Shown here piece after piece: positions 9,813-18,173 of a DNA stretch of 27,990 nt (within the stretch, counting starts at the first letter, position 1; every line of letters begins with the position of its first letter). Origin of the DNA: Fidelibacterota bacterium (GTDB taxonomy: Bacteria; Fidelibacterota; Marinisomatia; Marinisomatales; TCS55); NCBI GenBank assembly GCA_027251445.1, contig JAPNQO010000115.1, positions 1 through 27,990 of the forward strand. Direction: 5' to 3'. The notes under the pieces were generated by a model. It had not been told where the DNA came from. It saw only the letters and a list, made by a program, of their open reading frames with translations, and did no database searches. The position numbers were made by a program, and so were the translations under genes.

Positions 9813-10772
9813 ATGGCAAAACATTATTTAGATTTTGAAAAACCTATTCAAGAGTTCGAAGAAAAAATAATCAAGTTGCAGTCTTTAGATAATGATAGTG
9901 CTAATGTTCTTGAGCTTGAAAGGCTAATCAATAGAAGAGATAAAAAAATAGATGAAATATATGGTAACTTAAATCGCTGGCAACGGGTTCAGTTAGCTAG
10001 ACATCCTGAAAGACCTTACAGCTTGGATTATGTGGGTGGTATTGTTGATGAATTTGTAGAACTTCATGGTGACAGAGCTTATGCTGATGATAAAGCAATA
10101 ATTGGTGGCATCGGTAAGATAAATGAAAGATCCGTATTATTTATTGGCCAGCAAAAAGGAAGAAATACAAAAGATAATTTATACAGAAATTTTGGAATGA
10201 TGCGTCCAGAAGGATATCGCAAAGCCCTCCGATTAATGCATTTAGCAGATAAATTTAGTCTTCCAATAATTTCATTAATTGATACTCCTGGTGCATATCC
10301 AGGGCTAGGTGCTGAAGAAAGAGGGCAGGGTGAAGCAATTGCTAAGAATCTAATAGAAATGGCAAAGCTTAATGTCCCAATATTAGCTATAGTAATTGGT
10401 GAGGGGGCAAGTGGAGGAGCCCTTGGAATAGGACTATGTGATCGGTTAATTATGTTAGAGAATACCTGGTATTCTGTAATTAGCCCAGAAGGATGTGCTT
10501 CAATTTTATGGCATGATGCAATGAAAGCTTCTGATGCAGCCGATGCAATGAAAGTAACTCCTGAAGACTTGAAAGATATTGGTATATGCGATAGAATTAT
10601 TGAAGAGCCTACTGGAGGAGCACACAGGGAACCTGAGAAAATGTATGAAATATTAAAGACAGTTATCCAGGAGGAAATTGAATTAATTGAAAAAGAAAAT
10701 AGTAGTAATAATTATCTTCAGTCTAGAATAGATCGATATGATAAGATGGGCTTCTTTCAGGAACAAGAATGA
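9813..10772 (+). CDS. accA: Acetyl-CoA carboxylase carboxyltransferase alpha subunit
   Basis: Motifs LDFEKPI, WQRVQLARHPERP, ELHGDR, FGMMRPEGYRKALR, DTPGAYPG, AEERGQ, GEGASGGALG and YSVISPEGCASIL. Confidence 0.97.
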   Translation: MAKHYLDFEKPIQEFEEKIIKLQSLDNDSANVLELERLINRRDKKIDEIYGNLNRWQRVQLARHPERPYSLDYVGGIVDEFVELHGDRAYADDKAIIGGIGKINERSVLFIGQQKGRNTKDNLYRNFGMMRPEGYRKALRLMHLADKFSLPIISLIDTPGAYPGLGAEERGQGEAIAKNLIEMAKLNVPILAIVIGEGASGGALGIGLCDRLIMLENTWYSVISPEGCASILWHDAMKASDAADAMKVTPEDLKDIGICDRIIEEPTGGAHREPEKMYEILKTVIQEEIELIEKENSSNNYLQSRIDRYDKMGFFQEQE

Positions 10773-11173
10773 TAAAATTTACCTATAAGACAAAAGTCTA
10801 TTATAAAGATGTTGATCAGATGGGTGTTGTCTATTATGCGCGTTATTATGAATACTTTGAGGCTGCGCGCACTGAATTATTACAATCAATTGATATAGAT
10901 GTAACCGCTGTAGAAGATGATGGATATTTTATGCCAGTGGTAACTAGCCACTGTGATTATAAAATTGGTGCAACATTTGAAGATATACTTTTAGTAGAAA
11001 CATTTATAAATGAGTTGCCCAAAGCTACAATGCGAATTGATTATGAAATTTATAAAAATAAAAATAGCGACTTACTTGTATCCGGGTATACTACACATGC
11101 GTTTACAGATAAATCTGGTAAGCCCGTCAAACCACCAAAAAGACTATTAGAGGTTCTCCAAAATAATTTTTAA
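10769..11173 (+). CDS. YbgC/FadM-family acyl-CoA thioesterase (hot-dog fold)
   Basis: VYYKDVDQMGVVYYARYYEYFEAAR signature. ATGA overlap with accA. Confidence 0.88.
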   Translation: MIKFTYKTKVYYKDVDQMGVVYYARYYEYFEAARTELLQSIDIDVTAVEDDGYFMPVVTSHCDYKIGATFEDILLVETFINELPKATMRIDYEIYKNKNSDLLVSGYTTHAFTDKSGKPVKPPKRLLEVLQNNF

Positions 11174-12069
11174 TCAATTGGTTGAGTTTGAATTTTTTCC
11201 TTATTTATTAAGTATACTGCAGTCATAGTCATAATTCCTCCAATGATGGTGCTTATTTCTAATTTTTCACCAATAAATATCATGCTAAAAATTGGAGCAG
11301 TTATTGGAACAATAAATATAAAAGAACTTGCTTTAGATGGACCTAATTTAGTTGTTGCTATAAAATAGACTGTTGTGCCAAAAACTTGAGCTCCAATTGA
11401 TAATAAAATTAGATTCAACCAAAATATTAAGTCAAAGTCCAAAACGATTAAGACATCATTATTTATATTCATTATAAAACAGAATATTGAGGATATAAAA
11501 TAGACCCAAAAACTAAAGGTCAGAGTAGCTAGTGCCTTATGTGATTTTCCTGATACTATTGACATTATTCCCCATGAAATCGAAGCTAATAAGAAGTACA
11601 GATTTCCATTTGCAGTCATCTGACTATAAGATAAAGTCCAAGCCTCTAAAACAATTATTCCTCCGCAAATTCCAAATATTAGTCCGATAATATCTTTTTT
11701 ATAAATTATTTCTCTAAAAATTATTATTGAAAGTATAAATGTGATAATTGGATTTAATGTAGGTACAAAAACCCCACCAACATTTGCGAAGCCTAAGTTT
11801 GATCCCATAAAGAAAAATATATTATATGAAAAGATCAAGATTGAACCTATTATGATATATTTTATACCATCAGAAGGAACTGTAAAATTATTTTTAGTAA
11901 ATATTAATACTGGAATCATAAAAATACTGGAAAGAAAAAATCTCCAAAAAGCTAAAATGGAGGAAGAACAATATTGAGATAATATTTTTCCATTTGTCCA
12001 TGACAAGCCCCAAGTTGCCATAGTGATAAATAATGCAACATATAATAGAGTGTTTGAGTGTTTAATCAA
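11170..12069 (-). CDS. DMT/EamA-family transporter
   Basis: About 10 hydrophobic helices in two EamA-like halves (WGLSW...RF; LGPSKASSF....P....IFIGEKL). Convergent with and overlapping the thioesterase stop. Confidence 0.88.
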   Translation of the reverse strand: MIKHSNTLLYVALFITMATWGLSWTNGKILSQYCSSSILAFWRFFLSSIFMIPVLIFTKNNFTVPSDGIKYIIIGSILIFSYNIFFFMGSNLGFANVGGVFVPTLNPIITFILSIIIFREIIYKKDIIGLIFGICGGIIVLEAWTLSYSQMTANGNLYFLLASISWGIMSIVSGKSHKALATLTFSFWVYFISSIFCFIMNINNDVLIVLDFDLIFWLNLILLSIGAQVFGTTVYFIATTKLGPSKASSFIFIVPITAPIFSMIFIGEKLEISTIIGGIMTMTAVYLINKEKIQTQPID

Positions 12070-12103
12070 GAAATTGTATTAAATATTGTAACTACAATGA
12101 TAA

Positions 12104-13705
12104 TTACATTCTAAATACTGGAAACTTCGTTCCTTCGTGAGGTTTTACATGTATAGCCTGTAATGCTTGAATCAATATTTTTCGTGTATCTATTGGATGA
12201 ATGACGCCATCATCCCATAATCTTGCGCTTGCATAATAAGGATGTCCTTCTTTTTCGTACTTATCTTTTATTGGCTGTTGTAGTTCATCAATTTCTTCTT
12301 GGGTCATTTGTTTTCCAACTTTATTTAATTGTTCTTTTTTGACAGTAGAAAGTACGTTTGCAGCTTGATCACCACCCATTACGGAGATACGTGCATTGGG
12401 CCACATCCAACAAAATCGTGGTTGGTATGCTCGTCCAGCCATAGCGTAATTTCCAGCTCCAAAACTTCCACCAATAATGATAGTAAGTTTAGGAACATTA
12501 GCAGTAGCAACAGCTTGAACCATTTTTGCGCCATTTTTAGCAATTCCTTCTTGCTCGGCTTTTTTACCAACCATAAAACCTGTAATATTTTGTAAAAATA
12601 GCATGGGAATTTTTCTTTGGGAGCACAATTCAATAAAATGTGCACCTTTTAAAGCGCTTTCACTAAATAAAATACCATTATTAGCAATTATTCCTACTGG
12701 ATATCCTCCAATTTTACAAAATCCTGTAATTATAGTTTTTCCATAGTCAGATTTAAATTCCTCAAAATTTGAGTCATCTACAATTCTAGCTATTATTTCT
12801 TTAACTTTAAATGTAGTTCGATGATCTTTTGTTAGTATTCCAAGAATTTGTTTAATATCATATTTTGGTTCAATGATCTCTTTGGGGGGTGATTGATTTA
12901 ATTTAGGTAAATGATCTATAATCGAACGTATTTTTTCTATAGCATCATTATCATCTTTTGCAAAATGATCAGCTACCCCGCTTATTCTAGTATGCATTGA
13001 AGCTCCACCTAATTCCTCTGCAGAAGATGTTTCTCCAATTGCAGCCTGAACTAGTGGAGGGCCACCAAGGAATATTGTACCTGTTTTATTAACAATTATT
13101 GCTTCATCACTCATTGCAGGTACATAAGCACCACCTGCTGTACAACTACCCATAACCGCAGCAATTTGAGGTATTCCCTCTGCGCTCATCCTTGCTTGAT
13201 TATAAAAAATACGACCAAAATGATCACGATCAGGGAAAACACTATCCTGCATAGGAAGATATGCACCACCACTATCAACCAGATAAATACATGGAAGACC
13301 ATTTTCGAAAGCAATTTCTTGCGCACGAAGATGTTTCTTTACAGTAAGCGGATAATATGTTCCACCTTTAACAGTAGCATCGTTTGCAACGACAATACAT
13401 TGCCGACCATTGATTGTAATTAAACCTGTAATGATCCCTGCTGCTGGAATATTATCATCGTAAACATTGTACCCTGCTAAAGCAGAAAATTCCAGGAAAT
13501 CAGTATTAGGATCTTTCAAATTATTAATACGTTCTCTAGCAGTTTGTTTTCCTCTTGATTTATGTTTTTTTATTCTATCAGCTGATCCCATTAATTTTAC
13601 TTGATCAAGCACTTTACTCAATTCGTCAGAAATTTTTGTGTGGTAATCAAGATTGGATTGATATTTATTAGAGGATGGATCTATTCTGGATTCGATAATT
13701 GCCAT
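12104..13705 (-). CDS. liuB: Methylcrotonyl-CoA carboxylase beta (carboxyltransferase) subunit
   Basis: Motifs [75 protein letters not shown] and the terminal FPVFRM. Confidence 0.9.
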   Translation of the reverse strand: MAIIESRIDPSSNKYQSNLDYHTKISDELSKVLDQVKLMGSADRIKKHKSRGKQTARERINNLKDPNTDFLEFSALAGYNVYDDNIPAAGIITGLITINGRQCIVVANDATVKGGTYYPLTVKKHLRAQEIAFENGLPCIYLVDSGGAYLPMQDSVFPDRDHFGRIFYNQARMSAEGIPQIAAVMGSCTAGGAYVPAMSDEAIIVNKTGTIFLGGPPLVQAAIGETSSAEELGGASMHTRISGVADHFAKDDNDAIEKIRSIIDHLPKLNQSPPKEIIEPKYDIKQILGILTKDHRTTFKVKEIIARIVDDSNFEEFKSDYGKTIITGFCKIGGYPVGIIANNGILFSESALKGAHFIELCSQRKIPMLFLQNITGFMVGKKAEQEGIAKNGAKMVQAVATANVPKLTIIIGGSFGAGNYAMAGRAYQPRFCWMWPNARISVMGGDQAANVLSTVKKEQLNKVGKQMTQEEIDELQQPIKDKYEKEGHPYYASARLWDDGVIHPIDTRKILIQALQAIHVKPHEGTKFPVFRM

Positions 13706-13743
13706 GTTATAATTTACATGAGTTAATTGATGATTTTTTAATA

Positions 13744-13770
13744 ATTAAAGAGACGGTCTCGTTCCTTAAT
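13744..13770 (-). terminator. Putative intrinsic terminator of the PpiD-like gene
   Basis: The minus-strand RNA UUAAGGAACG-AGAC-CGUCUCUUUAA folds into a bulged hairpin followed by U-rich sequence, starting 14 nt past the stop. Confidence 0.45.
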
Positions 13771-13783
13771 AATAATAGATTAA

Positions 13784-15628
13784 TTAAAAATAATATTTTC
13801 TATTATCTATAATTTTTGCCCTGTCAAGAAGATCTTGATACCAGCTTTGAAAGTTGCTGTTTCTTTTTTGATTTGCAAGATTATTATATATCACATCACG
13901 TTTCATTTCAAAATCTGAACTATCAATAGGGGAAATATCAACAATACTTACAAGTCCGTAACCTCTGGGAGTTTTCAGCGGTCCTATTAAATCACCCTTA
14001 GATGCATTAGATAATGCTCCAACAAGATAATTGCTCTTACCTAAAGATTGAAAGCTTCTTATAAGTAATTTTGAATCTCCGGTTATCAGATCAATATTTT
14101 GATTATTATCCTTTAATTGTTGAAATGTTGCACCTGCAATTAATTCTAGTCGTAATTGTTCAGCAAGTTTTTCAGCTTGAACCAAACTACGCTTTTGATT
14201 AATAGAACTTTTGATTTGATTTTGTACTTCATCGAAAGATTTAGTGCCTTCTAATAAAACACTATCTAGTTTCGCAACAATAAAATATCTATCATTCTGC
14301 AAAGGATCAGAAACATCATTTACTTCACTGTTGAAGGCAAACCTTACTGCTTCACGAAGAGGCCCATAGTTTTGTAAAGAAGTTGATCCATCAATAATGT
14401 TGGTAACTTTTGTTGATGATAATTGATGGGAATCCAAAGCAGCGTAAAAACCTATTTTTGGATCGGATGCATCATAACTGAAAAGAGTTGATTTACGTTT
14501 CAAAGCATCATTAGTATTTGGTCCCATTTCAATTTTTAATAAAATATGTGATGCATTTATTTCTTCTGTTTCATTTTCATTCCGACGATCATTTACTTTA
14601 ATTATATGATATCCAAATCGAGATAAAACTGGACCCACTATATCTCCAGCTTGAGCTATAAAAGCTGCATCTTCAAAAGGTTTTACCATTTGACCTTTAC
14701 CAAACCAGCCCAAATCTCCACCTCTTCCAGAGTCGGCAGAAACTTGATTTCCTGGGTCTTGTGTATAGATATTTGCTAGCTCAGAGAAATCTGATCCATT
14801 ATTTAATTCCTTTATAATTTCATTGCATTCATCTAAAACACGACTTGAGTCTCCATTTGATGGTTTTTTCTCCCAAGATACAACTTCAAGATTCCGAACC
14901 TCTTCTCGATAAAAATCATCGATACGTTCAGTATAATCATTGAATAACTCTTCTTCCGTAGGCTCATCAATTTGATCTTGAACAGCATTAGTAGTAACAT
15001 GAATACCATCAATTGTATAATTCACATGCTGTTTTATATAGCTATCCCAAACATCCTTATCTGAAATAATTAAGTCTGCATTTACCATTTCTTGCAATTT
15101 AATATTTGGTATATAAGTACTTTTCATAAATTGTTCAATTTGAGCCCATTCATTCCCACTAGGGTTATTAATAGCTTGTTCATATTTAGATTGATCAAAC
15201 TCTCCATTAGTTTGAAAAGCTGGATCAGATGTTAAAAAGGGGGGTGGAATATTTTGCAAATGATAAATGACTTCTTGGTCTGAAGCTGATATTTCAAGTT
15301 CCTCTATAGACTGTGAAATTAGTATTTCACGAATATAATCATCCCAGACTTGTGTTCTGGCTTGATCAAAATCTCTGTCATTTATTTCTCGACCACTTGT
15401 ACGAACCTGCTCTAAGCGGGCAGAAACAGCTCTAGAAAAGTCATCAGGTATAATCTTTTGTCCATTAATAACTCCTATTGCAGTAGAAGGATCTACTCTG
15501 CCAAATAATTGATCAATAATATTTGCGCCACCTACTAAACCTCCAATGGATATACTTAATAAAAATAGGATAAGTATTGCCCATAGAAATATGTGCATTC
15601 GATTGCGCATTTTTGTCATTAAAGCCAT
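13784..15628 (-). CDS. PpiD/SurA-like periplasmic chaperone with parvulin PPIase domain
   Basis: N-terminal MALMTKMR plus a TM anchor, a SurA_N-like region, the parvulin motif GGDLGWF.KGQMVKPFEDAAF...GPVLSRFGYHIIKV, ASHIL, and the C-terminal A.IIDNR.YF. Confidence 0.88.
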   Translation of the reverse strand: MALMTKMRNRMHIFLWAILILFLLSISIGGLVGGANIIDQLFGRVDPSTAIGVINGQKIIPDDFSRAVSARLEQVRTSGREINDRDFDQARTQVWDDYIREILISQSIEELEISASDQEVIYHLQNIPPPFLTSDPAFQTNGEFDQSKYEQAINNPSGNEWAQIEQFMKSTYIPNIKLQEMVNADLIISDKDVWDSYIKQHVNYTIDGIHVTTNAVQDQIDEPTEEELFNDYTERIDDFYREEVRNLEVVSWEKKPSNGDSSRVLDECNEIIKELNNGSDFSELANIYTQDPGNQVSADSGRGGDLGWFGKGQMVKPFEDAAFIAQAGDIVGPVLSRFGYHIIKVNDRRNENETEEINASHILLKIEMGPNTNDALKRKSTLFSYDASDPKIGFYAALDSHQLSSTKVTNIIDGSTSLQNYGPLREAVRFAFNSEVNDVSDPLQNDRYFIVAKLDSVLLEGTKSFDEVQNQIKSSINQKRSLVQAEKLAEQLRLELIAGATFQQLKDNNQNIDLITGDSKLLIRSFQSLGKSNYLVGALSNASKGDLIGPLKTPRGYGLVSIVDISPIDSSDFEMKRDVIYNNLANQKRNSNFQSWYQDLLDRAKIIDNRKYYF

Positions 15629-15665
15629 AATTGATTCTCAATTCATAATATTAAAATTGGGTGCG

Positions 15666-15694
15666 AATTTATATAAGCTTGATTCTGGAAGCAA
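15666..15694 (-). promoter_or_regulatory. Putative sigma70-type promoter for the PpiD-like gene
   Basis: The minus strand reads TTGCTT-N17-TAAATT(CG), 37 nt upstream of the ATG, in the divergent intergenic region. Confidence 0.5.
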
Positions 15695-15742
15695 TGAACA
15701 TCGAAAGTAGTATGATGATTTATAAAAACTTAAATTATCAAT

Positions 15743-16432
15743 ATGAGTAACCAAGCAAAAGATAAATTAGATAATTTTAATGCTAAAATAATTCATTGTA
15801 ATGATTGTACTCGTTTAGTTGATTTTCGCACTAAAATTGCAAATGAAAAACGTAAGCAATACATGGATTGGGATTATTGGGGTAAGCCTGTTCCTGGATA
15901 TGGAGATCCTTTCGCTTCAATTATTATTGTAGGATTAGCTCCTGCAGCACATGGAGGCAACAGAACTGGAAGGGTGTTTACAGGAGATAAATCTGCAGAT
16001 TTTTTAATGATGTGTATGCATGAAGTAGGCTTATCAAACCAGCCAAATTCTGATAGTTTGCAAGATGGATTAAAGCTTAATAATTGTTATATGACCCCCG
16101 CTTTAAAATGTGTTCCTCCAGGAGATAAGCCTACCGCAGAAGAATTGAGAAATTGTTTTACTTATTTTAATGATGAAATCAACCTATTAACTAAAGCTAC
16201 GTGTATGCTCGCTTTGGGAAAGATTGCATTTGATGCCTGTCTACGGTTTTGGCGTTCACAATTTGAAATAAAAGTAAAAGACTTTCCATTTAAACACCAT
16301 GGGGTCTATACGTTACCAAATAATTTTCATTTAATTTCTAGTTATCACCCTAGTCCAAGAAATGTCAACACAGGCCGTTTAACAAAAAACATGATGTTAA
16401 AACTGCTTATCGATTTAAAGAAATATAGTTAA
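15743..16432 (+). CDS. Uracil-DNA glycosylase family 5 (UdgB-like, Fe-S)
   Basis: Family-5 signature GLAPAAHGGNRTGRVFTGD, CxxC plus KC.PP and NC cysteines, and HPSPRN. Confidence 0.9.
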   Translation: MSNQAKDKLDNFNAKIIHCNDCTRLVDFRTKIANEKRKQYMDWDYWGKPVPGYGDPFASIIIVGLAPAAHGGNRTGRVFTGDKSADFLMMCMHEVGLSNQPNSDSLQDGLKLNNCYMTPALKCVPPGDKPTAEELRNCFTYFNDEINLLTKATCMLALGKIAFDACLRFWRSQFEIKVKDFPFKHHGVYTLPNNFHLISSYHPSPRNVNTGRLTKNMMLKLLIDLKKYS

Positions 16433-16585
16433 TAAATTAATTAAATTTTCATGTGCGGTAGATCATGGTTTTATCGTATTTTAACGTGTAATTTGCTACT
16501 AGATCAATATGTTGTAGTGTATAGATCTATGGGTATTAATTAGTGGTTGCTAAAAAAAAAATATAAAATAAGCTTTGGGTAGGGT

Positions 16586-18097
16586 ATGTTAAAGCTAGCT
16601 GTAGTTCTTTTATTATTTACAAATTTATATGCGAATGCAGATAATGAATTTAGTTCATTCGCGGAACAGGATACTGTACGGTTGAATCAAACTGTAGTAA
16701 GTACCCCTCCAGTTGCTGTCGTGGAAGGTTTTAAAATAGTTCTTCGAGAACAGAAGATATCAAGAAGACAGAACCAGTTTAGTAAGATGCGTTTGGAGTC
16801 TATTGATGCAGCATCAAAAGAAAAAATGAATCAGAAAGTAGATATCGTTTTTGATGTATTAGGTGGCGATACTATATCCTTAGATGCTCGTAAATCTTAT
16901 GATGACAATCAGGATAAAATATCCTATAAATGGGAGTCCATGAATAATTTGGATTTTAAAACAGCCAGCGATACGGAAATAGGCTTTCGAATTCCCGAAG
17001 TTATGATTGAACAAATTTTTCTTTTTAAGGTAACCTTAAATGATGGAAGGTATAATACCGTTCACCTGATTGGTATGAGAGCTAAACAGGGTAAAATGAC
17101 TTCTTTTAAAGGTCCCGGTAATCTAGTTGCACAAAGTGGCGAAAAAGTAGAGATTTCAGCGGTTGCTCCTGGTGCTGTAATAAACCAAGATCTATCGTAT
17201 TTATGGAGATCTCCTGATGGTGTTGCTTTATCATCGGCGACAAGTCCAGTTTCAACATTTAAATTGCCTACAATTGATACAGAAACCCATTATATCTTTT
17301 TCTTAGCAGTCAGTGGTCCGGACGGACAAGTCGTTGATAGAGATACTGTTAGGGTTACGGGAAGACCAAAAATAAAAAGTCAAATTGGTCTTGTGCAAGG
17401 CGTTAACACCTCAGGTCTTACTGATGTAAAAATTGGACAATTTGATGATTTTCTTCGCAATACAGTCAATTCTGTTTTGTATGATGGATCGGATGTATTT
17501 ATGGCTCTTGAATCACCTGTCATTAGTAACTTTTTATACCCTGGGGGATATGATGCTCCCGAAGTATCACCATTTCAGCCTGTTTTTAAAGCTCAATGTG
17601 CTTCTTTGGCTGATGCAACTGAGAATGCTATAGCGGTAGGCGCCACAGATGTTTTCACATGGGATTTCCAAAAAAATAATGTTTTAAAATTAAATTATTA
17701 CTCAGTATTTGAGACATCGGGAGGCGAACCAATTTCTCAAACATTGAAAAGCGCTATGGTCCCATTAAAAATGGCTGACCAAATAAATTTGTCAACTACT
17801 ATCGTTTTGGATGAACAAGGATCTCCAACAGGTATGACTGATATCAGGCCTGCAGTTGCACAAGCGTTAAAAGATATGTTTGCAGGGAAAAAAATTAAAA
17901 AACCATCAAGTAGGAAGGGTGGTAATGCAAAGGGAATCAAAGGTAGGATACAAGAATCATTTTATGATACGGTTGAATTTTATAAAACTCACCCAGAAGT
18001 GCTTGGTTTAACCGCATTAGTGATTGCTGGGTTGACAATTGCTATTTTTGGTGGAGACGATGATATAGGTATGCCACCTAATTTTCCTTTTGAGTAA
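16586..18097 (+). CDS. Secreted protein: two PKD/REJ-type Ig-like domains, a CsgG/DUF2380-like alpha/beta domain and a C-terminal hydrophobic, Pro-rich tail
   Basis: Signal peptide MLKLAVVLLLFTNLYA. PKD-like motifs ISLDARKSYD...ISYKW...F.F.VT.NDG and LSYLW...TF.LP...YIF.L.VS. Central FQ....QCASLADATENAIAVGATDVF. The C-terminus is a basic linker, VLGLTALVIAGLTIAIFGG, DDD, IGMPPNFPFE. Confidence 0.6.
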   Translation: MLKLAVVLLLFTNLYANADNEFSSFAEQDTVRLNQTVVSTPPVAVVEGFKIVLREQKISRRQNQFSKMRLESIDAASKEKMNQKVDIVFDVLGGDTISLDARKSYDDNQDKISYKWESMNNLDFKTASDTEIGFRIPEVMIEQIFLFKVTLNDGRYNTVHLIGMRAKQGKMTSFKGPGNLVAQSGEKVEISAVAPGAVINQDLSYLWRSPDGVALSSATSPVSTFKLPTIDTETHYIFFLAVSGPDGQVVDRDTVRVTGRPKIKSQIGLVQGVNTSGLTDVKIGQFDDFLRNTVNSVLYDGSDVFMALESPVISNFLYPGGYDAPEVSPFQPVFKAQCASLADATENAIAVGATDVFTWDFQKNNVLKLNYYSVFETSGGEPISQTLKSAMVPLKMADQINLSTTIVLDEQGSPTGMTDIRPAVAQALKDMFAGKKIKKPSSRKGGNAKGIKGRIQESFYDTVEFYKTHPEVLGLTALVIAGLTIAIFGGDDDIGMPPNFPFE

Positions 18098-18160
18098 TTA
18101 TTTAAGCATTTAATAAAAAATTGAAAAAAGATTTAATAACAGATCAACAGAGTAAAAAAA

Positions 18161-18166
18161 AAGGAG
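18161..18166 (+). promoter_or_regulatory. Shine-Dalgarno site of the giant fibre gene
   Basis: AAGGAG lies 7 nt before ATG 18174 and overlaps the end of an A9 run. Confidence 0.75.
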
Positions 18167-18173
18167 TAGTGTA

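Noticed and set aside
1395..17940. Small overlapping ORFs (1395, 5659, 5746, 7126, 9037, 11741, 12329, 12379, 13166, 17433, 17737)
   Set aside because: All lie within well-supported longer genes in another frame or strand and have no recognisable motifs.
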